Positions 40,265-52,160 of a stretch of DNA of 64,000 bases are shown here, piece by piece. Each line of letters opens with the position of its first letter. Within the stretch, counting starts at the first letter, position 1. The position numbers and the translations under genes were made by a program. This DNA comes from Octopus vulgaris (Eukaryota): positions 10,974,001 to 11,038,000 of the forward strand of contig OX597826.1 of NCBI GenBank assembly GCA_951406725.2, written 5' to 3'. The notes beneath the pieces were generated by a model that had not been told where the DNA came from, did not search any database, and saw nothing but the letters and a program-made list of their open reading frames with translations.

Positions 40265-40961
40265 ATTCTTTTACTTGTTTCAGTCATTTGACTGTGGCCA
40301 TTCTGGGGCCCCACCATGAATTTTATTTCAACAAATCGACCCGAAGACTTATTTTTAAGCCTAGTACTTATTCTATTGGACTATTTTGTAAAACTGCTAA
40401 GTTATGGGGATGTAAACACACCAACATTGGTTAAGTGGTGTTGGGGGACAAACACAGATGCAAGGATAGACAGAGATATATGTGTGTGTGTGTGTATGTG
40501 TGGTGTGTATATGTATGATGGGCTTCTTTCAGTTTTTGTGTATCAAATCCACTCTCAGGGCTTTGGTTGGCTCAAGGCTATAGTAGAAGGTGCCACGTAA
40601 TGGGATTGAACCCTGAACTATGTGGTTAAGAAGTAAGCTTTTTACCACAGCCATGCCTACGGAGAATAAATAATTAAAAATTCTGGGCTTATGAAATATG
40701 GCACTTATCCTAAGGAATGAAAGTAATTATTTGATTAACATACAAAACTAGTGAAAAACCCTATTCAGCACAGTTGTATTTCCTTATTGTGTGTTTATAT
40801 AGGCATAGGAGTGCTGTGTGGTAAGTAGCTTGCTTACCATCCACATGGTTCCGGGTTCATTCCCACTGCATGGCACCTTGGGCAAGTGTCTTCTACTATA
40901 GCCTCGGGCCGATCAAAGCCTTGTGAGAGGATTTGGTAGACGGAAACTGAAAGAAGCCCGT

Positions 40962-41004
<43 letters not shown>

Positions 41005-41230
41005 GTGTATATGTTTGTGTGTCTGTATTTGTCCCCTCAACATCTCTTGATAACCGATGCTGGTGTGTTTACATCACTGTAACTTAGCAGTTCAGCAAAA
41101 GAGACCGATAGAATAAGTACTATGCTTACAAAGAATAAGTCCTGGGGTCGATTTGCCCGACTAAAGGCAGTGCTCCAGCATGGCCACAGTCAAATGACTG
41201 AAACAAGTAAAACAGTAAAGAGTCAAGAGT
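40265..41230. mobile_element. Divergent pair of SINE A copies (40265-40660 -, 40800-41230 +)
   Basis: Family consensus match. Confidence 0.85.
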
Positions 41231-41782
41231 ATATATATAAATGAGGAGAGTGAGTGACTGTGCATAGCACAGGATGTATTTTATCTAAACTTGGACACTG
41301 TTCTGTTAGTAACTTAGTAACTATAAACATTGTATTGTTATCACATTCCAGTGTAAGGCTTGCTCAGAAATTAAACCCATTGCTTACTTTGTTTCCAAAG
41401 CCTAATTTTTGACTTCACTTTTTGCTTGTTTTGTGTTAACGTTTCACAAACATAAATCTCTGGAAGATTACAGTATTCAGTTATAAAGTAGGATATCTAT
41501 CTAAAATGTTTCACTGGAATTTGCTTGTATGAACAAGAATGTAATTTTGTTTTGTTTATTTTGTTCCTGATATATGTATTTATATTTAGTTACGACTAGT
41601 AGGTGCAGACATGGCTGTGTGGTTAAGAATCTTGCATTTGTGACCACCTGGTTTCGGATTAAGTATGTCTCACTGTGTGGTACCTTGGGCAAGTGTCTTT
41701 TACTATTGCCCCAGGCTGACCACTACCTTGTGTGTGAATTTGGTAGATGGAAACAGTGGAACCGTGTGTGTGTGTACGTGTA

Positions 41783-42133
41783 TCTCTATTTATATAAATG
41801 GCAAAATGTCTGTCTGTGAGTGTGTGTGTCCTTTATACAAATCCACAATTTTTCAGTTAGAGGGCTCGCACTTTCTATGGTCATTCAAAACTGTCCAAGG
41901 GTGGTCGTGCACATCTTTACATTTCCCCAGTCACCCCGCAAAGCCATTAAAATATCAATAGAAGTGACTTTTTTGTGAATTTTCTATCCAAAATCCAATC
42001 AAAATGCCCAAAACTTGATATGCCAATTGAATGCCAGCTAGCTGTATGTGATTGGTCAGAGATTTGGACAGTACTCAGCGTGTATGTGTGCACGCACACA
42101 GCTGTATATGGCAACGCCGGGTCATAGTGCTAG
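41783..42133 (+). mobile_element. Non-autonomous Helitron H1
   Basis: TC...CTAG, same body as 7147-7519. Confidence 0.85.
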
Positions 42134-42649
42134 TGTATAATATATATATATGTGTGTGTGTGAGGACACATGGCCTAGTTGTTGGGGTGTTGCATTCACG
42201 ATTATGAGATCACGGGTTCAGTTCTTAGACCAGGTGATGCGTTTTAGTCTTCAACAAAACACTTCATCTTATGGTGCTCTGTGATCGCTTCGACACCTGA
42301 TGCGTGGCACACTGTGCACCTGCTCAAGCAACATTGATTTGAAGGTGAGAGTTAGTGCTAATGTACAGCGTATATGTTTGATCATAATAAACAAATCAGT
42401 TGTGCTGGTGGTTTGGCAAAAAGCTGAACACTCTTATGTCATCTTCGATACAGAGGCCATAGTATATATATATATGTATATATATGCAAATTAAAGATAA
42501 AAACAAAAGTCAAAAGGATGTACACAGTAATTGCATTAGGATGACACTCAGTTTAAGATGGTAAAAAGAGGGGTTGTGATGTTTCAAGCATGGCTCTTCA
42601 TCAGAAAAAGGAAAGGCCTGGAGAGAAGGAAAAGAACAGTTTAAAAAAA

Positions 42650-43190
42650 TAGGTGCAGGAATGGTAAGAAGCTTGCTTTCCAACCACATGGTTCTGGGTT
42701 CAGTCCTATTGTGTGTTTGTGTCTTCTACTATAGCCTTGGGCCAACCAAAGCCTTGTGAATAGATTTGGTAGATGGAAACTGAAAGAAGCCTGTTGTATA
42801 TATATATGTATATATATCTACAGAGGTTGGGCAAAATAATGGAAGCACCTTAAAATTTCAAAGCAATTTATTTTGATATGGAGTAGGGCCGCCTTTTTCA
42901 GTAATTACAGCTTGAATTCTACAAGGTATGGGAAACTGAAAGAAGCCTGTTGTATATATGTATATGTATATATATGTGTGTATATGTTTGTGTGTCTGTG
43001 TCTGTCACTCCAACATCGCTTGACAACCGATGCTGGGGTGTTTACGTCACTGTAACTTAGCAGTTCGGCAAAAAAGACTGATAGAATAAGTACTAGGCTT
43101 ACAAAGAATAAGTTCTGGGGTCGATTTGCTCGACTAAAGGCGGTGCTCCAGCATGGCCACAGCCAAATGACTGAAATAAGTAAAAGAGTA
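42650..43190 (+). mobile_element. SINE A containing a Tc1-like TIR fragment (42819-42930)
   Basis: TA-CAGAGGTTGGGCAAAATAATGG inside the internal TA repeat. Confidence 0.75.
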
Positions 43191-43618
43191 AGTGTCTTTT
43201 CCTAAAATGTAGATCTTGTATTCCCAAAACGTCCGATGGTAATGAGAGCAGATCTGAGTAATTGGAAGCTTTTAGTCAGAACTCTACACATGAGTGATGC
43301 AGAGTATGGTTGTTTAAAGATTGGAATCGAGTGGAAGCTGTCAGTCGGAAACTTCTATGTGACTGAGCAATCCTATCTAGTTGTTCACCCCAGGCAAGAA
43401 AGAGCCCAGAGAAGGCAGCCTAAAATTCGCCGACACAGCTTTGTTCTTGGAGAGGAAACTGTACCTGTCACAATTTCTTTACAGTTCTTGAAATAAGATT
43501 AAACAAATCATACCATACAGGCTGGTCACATGGAATGCCTGGATATTGCTTGAGAAGCCAGAATCAGTATCAAGCAGTTCTCAGCCAGGGAGCTGTGGTT
43601 CTACAGTGTAGATATTAT

Positions 43619-43836
43619 AGGTGAGCTGGCAGAATCGTTAGCACGCCGGGCAAAGTGCTTAGCGGTATTTCGTCTGCCATTATGTTCTGAGTTCAAATTC
43701 CGCCGAGGTCGACTTTGCCTTTCATCCTGTCGGGGTCGATAAATTAAGTACCAGTTATGCACTGGGGTTGATGTAATCGACTTAATCCGTATGTCTGTCC
43801 TCTATGTTTAGCCCCTCGTGGGCAATAAAGAAATAA
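43619..43836 (+). mobile_element. SINE family B
   Basis: Full-length, flanked by an AGATATT(A/G)TAG duplication. Confidence 0.85.
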
Positions 43837-44310
43837 AGATATTGTAGCGCTCAGTAAGAGACCAGATTACTTCCCAACCATTTTGATAATAACTTATCTG
43901 AGATTACTCCTGAGTTTATGATTAAAACTCCATTTGAAATTGATTGAAATTAAGATCTTTCATAAAAATAAGTTTCAAACATTAGCTTCATAATGACACT
44001 GTGCTAAGTTGTTCATCATTTTCAAAACTAGTTGAATCAAAGACAGTTGTTCTTCAACAGAAATATAGTAACAAATAGGTTAAAGAGATTACGTAAGGCT
44101 CCTGCGAGGTGGCCATTAACTAATACAGCATCAGTTTTGCTGTGTGAAATAGTCTGCTGCTGAAATCGACCGAGACACCAGTTGGCATTAATGTTTAATG
44201 ACACTTCACATTCCCCTTGCAGAGAACTACTACATCATTTTACTAAGCTTCCTGGCACCAACTCTGCTGACTGATACATCTGGCAGTTAGAATGAAGACT
44301 GTGTCTGCTA

Positions 44311-44764
44311 TTAACCCTTTCGTTACTATATTTATTTTGAGATGCTCTGTGTTTCTTTCAATTATTTTAAATATAACAAAGAATTTAGTAAAATAACTTG
44401 GTTAACATTAAGCTAGTGTTAGGAACATAAATTGGGACTAAGACTTTGGTGGAAGATTTTAATTAAAAACTTATAAAAACAAGACATTTGTATACAGAGC
44501 AGAGGCGGTTTCAGCCAGGTTGGTAATGAAAGGGTTTAACCCTTTAGTGTTCGCATTATTCTGCCAAAATTAATCCTTTTTCATCCACATTGCCTTGAAC
44601 TAATCATGCATTATCTTGTAGCTTTGAGATTTTGATGAGGTAGCTGTTAATTTATAGGATGATATTGTAGGGTTGGTGTGAGAGACCAGATCTGGCCAGT
44701 TTGATCATAAAACAGGCAGAATACCTTTGGCCGGATATGGCCGGTTTAAATGCTAAAGGGTTAA
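44311..44764. mobile_element. Two abutting TTAA-flanked (piggyBac-like) MITEs
   Basis: TTAA-CCCTTTCGTTAC...GTAATGAAAGGG, then TTAA-CCCTTTAG...CTAAAGGG-TTAA. Confidence 0.75.
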
Positions 44765-45387
44765 ACACTAGATCAGGTGCTGACTAAAAGACACAAACAA
44801 TGGCTTTCTATCTTAGCAATGATGACCGCCACGTATCTGTTTTTTGCATAAATTTCAATTCTATTAAAATAACAGCAGTGATTGCAAATTGGTTGCTTTA
44901 ATAAATTCCAAGAAATCTAGATTGTTCTGCTTCCTTCATAGGATCAGTCTAATTTCAAGATATCCTAAATCTGCACTCTACCTTCACAGATGGTCCTTAT
45001 CAAAGGAATTTTGAATTAGAACCTCTTATCGTAATGCCCTCAACCACATTCATCAGTTAAATGTTTCAGCTGTTTTATTTTCTTTTGCTTTGCATGTGTA
45101 TTTTGCATATATAAGGCAAACTTTATCACCGATATTAAATTTACAATTTTCGTAGCTTCTTGCTTTCTTTCTTTTTTTTTTTTTACACTTATATTTAGAA
45201 AATCTTGAGATGATAACATAGACGATAAACTAAAAACATTTTATTTCTTAAAAGCAAAAATGTAGTTTATGGGATTTAGCATGGCAGCTGGTTTGAAAAA
45301 AAAAAAGGATTCCCTAAGGAGTTAGCATATTGAAATAGGGGGTATTTCATGAATTCAGTCTAGATAACTACTAAGGCACATGGTGTT

Positions 45388-45930
45388 TAATAATAATAAT
45401 GAAATTATTGTATACAGTGCTCAGGTGCACCACAACTTGTCAAAACGTACATATAAAGCATATGCAGTAATGAACAAATGTCTGGAAAGTGAACAATGTA
45501 TGAGTCAGATACATGCTTGCATGTGTATGGAGGGGAGAAAATCAGGTGTAGTATTGGCGAATCTCAGGAAGCATGGAAGTTTTGAAGGATGCAGTGCTCC
45601 AACAACTAACAACTGATGCCGGCAGTTTGTTCCATGCTTCAGCAACTCTTAGCGTGAAAAAATGTTTCTGAAAGTCATGGGAGCTGTGCTGTTTTCTGAC
45701 TTTCTAAACATGTCCACGGGTGTTAGACAGGTGTAGTTTGAAAAGGTGCTCAGAGTTATTGTTGGTAAGATGGTTAATAATTTTATGGGTGTCTGCCAAG
45801 TCAGCTACCAGACGTTGGAGTTTCAATGTATCCATGCAACCAAATATGGTTGCACGTCACTGAACAGTTTCCAGACAATATCCTGGGCAAGATAGGGGTT
45901 CCAGACCGGTGATGCAAATTCCAGGTAAGG
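45388..45930 (-). mobile_element. CR1-clade LINE 3' end
   Basis: PYLEFASPVWNPYL, NTRGH and FFTLRVAEAWNKLPASVV motifs; (ATT)n tail. Confidence 0.88.
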
Positions 45931-46286
45931 TTTCAGCTCTAAAGAATAAGAACAACCTAGTGGTAGTGCATGCATGTGTGTGTGTGTGCTTGTGAGGAAT
46001 TTCACTGACCTAGTCCTTTTCAATTTGGAATGAAATCTATAATACGAAAAAAAAAAGGTCCCTTAAAATAGTAATGTATTAGTTCTTTTGCATTCAGATT
46101 ACTCTGTTGAATGTAATGCTTATTTATTAACATTGTTTTAAATTTACTCTGCATTAGCTCATAGCTTCGAAGGTTTGATGATGTGATCATTTTTAGAATC
46201 ACATTATAGGATAGATGTCAGAGGCTGGATCTTGCTGGTTTGAACATTAAAATAGGGAGAATATTTGGACCAGACTCTGTCCAATT

Positions 46287-46514
46287 TAACCCTTTAGTGT
46301 TTAAACTGGCCATACCAGGCCAAAATTGTCTTCCTGTTTCATGCTCAAACCAGCCAGCTCTGACCTCTCACACCTACCCTACAAAGTCAGTCTAAAAATA
46401 AACAAGGACATCATCAAAATCTCAGAGTTACAAAATGCTGTACAATTAATTTAAAACAATGTGATTAAGCAGGCTTTACATTTGACAGAGTAATCTGAAT
46501 GCTAAAGGGTTAAA
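46287..46514. mobile_element. TTAA MITE (family of 44536; older copies at ~26870, 33775-34415, 38165, 55410)
   Basis: TTAACCCTTTAG...CTAAAGGGTTAA. Confidence 0.7.
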
Positions 46515-46852
46515 TACTAAAAGGTTAATGACACAAGAATAGGGTGTGCTTGCTACTAACAGTTTGGCAACAAGAGACTGAAAAAATAAATACCAGACGT
46601 AAAAGAAAAACAAAAAAAAAACGATAAGTAAGGATGATTTATTTGACAATAAGTCTTTCAGGGTGGCCCTCCACCATGACAACAATTCAATGATTGGAAC
46701 AAGTAAAAGATGAAAGATGATATTGTATATGGCTGTTGATTAAATAGTTGATTTCACTTTTTTTCTGTTTTGATGGGGATTTTTCCAATTTGAAAAGAAT
46801 CCCTGTCTAAATTGAGAAATTGTCAGCCAGGGAAGCTTTGTGAAAAAACATA

Positions 46853-47230
46853 TAGGTGCAGGTGTGGCTGTGTGATAAGAAGCTTGCTTCCTGACCACAT
46901 GGTTCTGGGTTCAGTTCCACTGTGTGGCACCTTGGGTAAGTGTCTTCTATTATAGCCTTGGGCTGACCAAAGTCCTGCGAGTGGATTTGGTAGACAGAAA
47001 CTGAAAAAAGCCCATCGTACAAATATATATATATATCTGTGTGTGTGTGTGTTTGTCCCCCACTATCGCTTGACAACCAATGTTGGTGTGTTTGTGTCCC
47101 TGTAACTTAGCAGTTTAACAGAATAAGTACTAGGCTTTAAAAAAAATGTCCTGGGCTTGATTTGTTCAACTAAAACCCTTCAAGGCAGTGCTCCACCATG
47201 GCCACAGTCAACTGACTGAAACAAAAGATG
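46853..47230 (+). mobile_element. SINE family A
   Basis: Family consensus match. Confidence 0.85.
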
Positions 47231-47641
47231 AGAGATATATATATGATAGTGAAATGGCCCTAAACACCACCTCACTCACTTCCATTCAGCGATGGTGTAA
47301 TATAAGCCACACTGAATAAGTTCTCTGAAATGTGCTTAAATGGCAGTCAAGCATTTTCATAGATATTGCATTTACATAAATGTGAAATAGCTACGAACAG
47401 TAACGTGTGTATTTGTAGCACTGGGTACATTCACTCTTACTCTAAGGTCAACCAATACTAGACAAAACAAAGATGAAAAGTAGAAAGAAAAACAAATAGT
47501 CCAGCACTAAACAGCTTTTATGTGTCAATAAGGAAGCCTTTACATGGCAGGTTGACTTTCTAGAAATAGTAGTTAAATATCTGAAATCAATCTAATGTTG
47601 AAAAAAAAAAAGGAAAATGGAGGGCATATTGAATAATGTCA

Positions 47642-48008
47642 TCTCTATATATATAAATGGCAAAATGTCTGTGTGTGTGTCTCCTTTATACAAATCCACA
47701 ATTTTTCAGTTAGAGGGCTCGCACTTTCTATGGTCATTCAAAACCGTCCAAGGGTAGTCGTGCACATCTTTACATTCCCCCAGTCACCCTGCAAAGCCAT
47801 TAAAAAAGACAATAGAAGTGACTTTTTTGTGAATTTTCTATCCAAAACCCAATCAAAATGCCCGAAACTTGATACGCCAATTGAATGCCAGCTAGCTGTA
47901 TGTGATTGGTCGGAGATTTGGACGGTACTCGCGTGTATGTGTACACGCATGCAGCTATATATGCATGCACTAGCACTATGACATGGTGTTGCTGGGTCAT
48001 AGTGCTAG
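47642..48008 (+). mobile_element. Non-autonomous Helitron H1
   Basis: TC...CTAG, A/T insertion site. Confidence 0.85.
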
Positions 48009-48279
48009 TCAGTAATAAAACAAGTGGTGATGGTCTTTGTGAGTAATTATTTAGTATAATTAATTAAAAAATAGAATAAACTGATTTACTGTGAGGAATA
48101 AAATAAGTTTGGACAGAAACTCTGGAGATGTGTTTATTTGGCACCATTCGAAATCATCTCTCTTTGAAGAAAGAGGTTTGCCTGAAATGCTAGACTTTTC
48201 TTCTTCCTCATAGTAAATAATTTCATTCTGTATTTGAACTGTTCATAGTCTGAGATAAACTACATTTGAAGAGACTGAA

Positions 48280-49345
48280 TATCTTTGATCTCAGGTCAGT
48301 TAGACCTGGGCTGAGCTGGGTTAAACATCTTTTGTGTATTTTTGATCTGGGCTGAGTTGGACTAAACATCCTTTAAATAATTTTGATTCCAGGTCAGTTT
48401 GACATGAAATAAAAAAGTATCTTTAATATATTTTTTATATATCTTTTATATATTTCAATCCTGGTCAGATTGTAATACCTTTGATATTTACCTGGGTTAA
48501 ACATCTTTTATACACTTTTTGCGGGTCAGCTTGACCTTAGGTCAAAATCATCTGAGGAATTACATCCGTGTTTCATGGTCTGCTACCACAGCAGCTCCTT
48601 TATAGGATCCAGTTAGCTCAACACATCATCAGGAGGAACCACGTCCGGTTTCGGCCCCTACTCCTCTACCGTTTTGACATGGCTGGGCCCCCCTTTCGGA
48701 GTTGTCTTCAGCTCTGGTGTTGGGTGCATGTCTTCTTTCTTCTGTTCCCTGGCCTCTTCGATGTATCGTCAGCGAGATCCTTTATATATTTCAATCCTGA
48801 TCAGATTGTAATACCTTTGATATTTACCTGGGTTAAACATCTTTTATACATTTTTTGCAGGTCAGCTTGACCTGAGCTCAAGATCATGTTTTATATTTGC
48901 TCTGGAATGAGTTAGGCTAAAGAACATCTTTTATATATTTTTGCTATCTGGTCAGTTTGACCTTTTGATTCCTGGTCAGATAAATATACTTTTTATATTT
49001 GATCTGGGATAAACATCTTTTATACACTTTTTGCAGGTCAGCTTGACCTGAGGTCAAAATCATCCTTTATATTTGATCTGGGGTAAACATCTTTCATACA
49101 CTTTTTGCAGGTCAGCTTGACCTGAGATCAAAATCATCTTTTATATATGATATGGAATGAGCTGGGCTAAACAACATCTTTATATAGCTGTGATCCTCGG
49201 TCAGCTTGACCCAGGATGAACTGGGACTAAGCAGTATCTTATGTATACTTAATCATAACTCAACTTGACCAGAATTGAGCTAGGATTAAAGTTCTGTATA
49301 ATTTTCACCCTAGGTCAGTTTGATGAGTACTGATTGGGGTATGAC
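48280..49345. repeat. Degenerate minisatellite array with repeated CAGGTCAGCTTGACCTG palindromes (ERE-like IR3)
   Basis: Repeated aggtcagcttgacctg...gatctgggctaaacatcttttata units, interrupted by a ~225 bp insert at 48552-48777. Confidence 0.85.
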
Positions 49346-49452
49346 TAACATCTGTTATATATCTGTTTATATTTAGTAATATTGACAGAAATGAAATGAA
49401 TTTGTTTACAATTTCTATTTTAGTAAAAGGTGTTTTTGTTTTATTTTTAAAG

Positions 49453-49525
49453 GATAAAATGGAAGTAGTAAAAGACAAGTTGATGGAAGTCCAAGAATTC
49501 TACAACTGGACACTTTCATTTTCTG
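49453..49525 (+). CDS. ELOVL4: ELOVL4-like exon (DK-MEVVKDKLMEVQEFYNWTLSFS-D), ATG at 49459
   Basis: Acceptor ttttatttttaaag and donor G|gtaagt. The EFYNWTL..D motif matches the ELOVL4 N-terminus, and the phase-1 junction joins DPRV of the next exon. Confidence 0.9.
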
Positions 49526-49696
49526 GTAAGTTACAAAAATGTAAAAGTTATTTCTGAAAAAAAAAATGCTTCTTGTTATTTGTAAATGTTTGAATTAATA
49601 CTATCTTCACCAGTTTTCTCATCTACATCTCACCTTTAATTTGCATGTGTGTGTTTACATCTATGTCTGTTTGTCTGTCTTCACACACACACACAC

Positions 49697-50620
49697 ATGC
49701 CCGTGCGGTTGAATCAAAAGCGTTTTCATATTTCAAGCTTTAATTAATAGTTCAAACAAATTACATGTGAAATTACATTCATCAAGGTGTGTCTCATCAT
49801 ATTCTATTGTCTGTTGCCATTGTTGTACCAGAAACTCAATTCCATGCTTATACCTATTTCTTTACTGCCCACAAGGGGCTACACACAGAGAGGACAAACA
49901 AGGACAGACAAACGGATTAGGTCGATTATATCAACCCCAGTGCATAACTGGCGCTTAATTTATTGACCCTGAAAGGATGAAAGGCAAAGTCGACTGCGGC
50001 AGAATTTGAACTCAGAACATAACAGCAGACAAAATACCTATTTCTTTACTACCCACAAGGGGCTAAACACAGAGAGGGCAAACAAGGACAGACAAACGGA
50101 TTAAGTCGATTATATCGACCCCAGTGCATAACTGGTGCTTAATTTGTCGACCCCGAAAGGATGAAAGGCAAAGTCGACCTTGGCAGAATTTGAATTCAGA
50201 ATGTAACAGCAGACGAAATACCGCGAAGCATTTCGCCCAGCGTGCTAACATTTCTGCCAGCTTGCCGCAGTTCCATGCTTATACCATTTATCTAGTTTAG
50301 AGGCAAAAGTTTCCTTGCACCTGTTTTTAACCTCATCCACATTATTGAACCCCTGTCTGGACAGGAAAATGAGCCAAGGCTTGGAAAAAGTGATAACCTG
50401 ATAGTGCAAATCTGAATTGTAGTCAGGGTGATGCAGCACTTGCAGCCCCTTAAGTTCCTGAAATTTGTAATTGGTCACATTAGCAGTGTGACCAAGTGTG
50501 CATCTCTGATTGACCAATGCTGGGTAGCTGGCTTTCAAAGCATCATACACTCACTGTAGTTGTTGAACATAAAATTTAGTATTCACAGCAGGAATACTAA
50601 CTCAAAGTGCAACACCCCAT
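49697..50620 (-). mobile_element. 3' part of a second mariner, interrupted by a SINE dimer
   Basis: HPDYNSDL...FNNVDEVKN..FASKLDKWYKHG. The sequence resumes on the other side of the TSD ttccatgcttatacc. Confidence 0.75.
49855..50270 (-). mobile_element. SINE family B tandem dimer
   Basis: A full copy plus a 5'-truncated copy inside one 15-bp TSD. Confidence 0.88.
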
Positions 50621-50739
50621 CGCGGCTTCGGTTGCATGTATTAATAAAAAATAACAACTAATTAATAATGTATTCACCCTTATTGTTCACTTGATTTCAT
50701 TTTGAAAAATTGATCCAATCAAGCGCTCAATTCTGCACG

Positions 50740-51806
50740 AACTCCATGCATAGCATTTGAAAGAGATCGAAAGAGGTGGAAATCCATTGGTGCCAAATCA
50801 GGAGAGTACGGCGGGTGTGGCAGCACTTCCCAACCATGCGTTTCAATGGCTTTGGTCATATTGGTGATATAAGGGTGGGTGTTGTCGTGCAGCAGAAGAA
50901 CTCTGTGCTGCCGATTAGGTCTTTTCTCTTGAATAATCGTGTTGAGTTGTTCCATCTGTTTAACATAGAGTTCCGCGTTGACCGATTGGTTCCGTTCAAG
51001 GAATTCGTAATGGATAATCCCTCCCCAGTCCCACCATACGCACAGCATCTTTTTATGCAGATGATCTTGTTTCACGCGATGTCGCTTGTAGTCTGGGGCT
51101 AAGCCACTCCTTACACTGCTTCATAGTGATGTACAGGCACCATTTTTCGTTGCCAGTAACGATTCGGTAAAGAAATCGTTGCTAGTGCTCATGAGTTGAG
51201 CGGTGATGAGCAAGCAAACCTACGGAGATTGTGGCTCCTTGATTTTTGTTGTTGTCACTTAAAGCATGCGGAACCCATGCTCCATACTTCTGAACCTTTC
51301 CCATCGAGTGAAGATGCTTCTCTATAGCAGTGTGGGAGCATTCCATTTTCTCTGCCAGTTCCTTTGTCGTTTGACGAGAATTTTCATGGAAAAGTTGGTT
51401 TAATTGCTCTTCATCGAACTCAACTGGACGGCCAGAACGAGGTGCGTCTTTGAGATCAAAATTTCCATTTTTTAACTTAGCATATCAATCACGAGCGGTT
51501 CTTTCAGCTATAGCACCCTCTCCATACACAGCACAAATGTCACGAGCAGCTTTTCCGGCCTTAGAGCCTTGATTAAAAGCAAAAAGGTGTTGAAAATGCT
51601 CGTTTTTCTTAACTTGACATTCCATTTTAATGATCTGAAAATAAACAAAAATTAACTAAAATTAACTAGAAAAAAAAAACAAAACAAAATAGATTCCAAA
51701 ATGATTCAAAAATAGAATTCTCGTAAAAAATAGATTCCAAAATTTAAAAACGCAATAAATTCCAAAATTTAAAAAAAAACGGCGGGAACTTAGTTGCTAA
51801 CCCAAT
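50740..51806 (-). mobile_element. Mariner transposase pseudogene with left TIR
   Basis: ATG at 51625; DAPRSGRP, WVPHAL, LCVWWD, HDN and HPPYSPDLAPMDFHLF motifs; TIR TATTGGGTTAGCAACTAAGTTCCCGCCG; in-frame stops. Confidence 0.93.
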
Positions 51807-52056
51807 ATATATCAATAAAGGCAGTGTACATTAATTAATTTGCTTTTCTTCATCTGGATGAAACGTGATCATGTCTGCTGTAATATGTATGGAAATTATT
51901 TAATATTTTGGCGTTAGGAAGGGCAGATTTGACTGGGCCTGACGAAGCCTTCCAGCTTCACAGACCCCAGTTGAACCGTCCAACCCATGCTAGCATGGAA
52001 AGCGGACGCTAAATGATGATGATTTTGTCTTGTTTTCAGCTTATACCATTTCTGTG

Positions 52057-52087
<31 letters not shown>

Positions 52088-52160
52088 ATATCTGTCTGTC
52101 TAGTTTATATTGTACTTTGATTTTTTATACATTTCTTTTTATTTCTTTCTGTGCTTTTAG

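Noticed and set aside
48625-48660. Possible hammerhead on the minus strand (GAAACC...GGTT...CTGATGA)
   Set aside because: No room for stem I and no stem II pairing.
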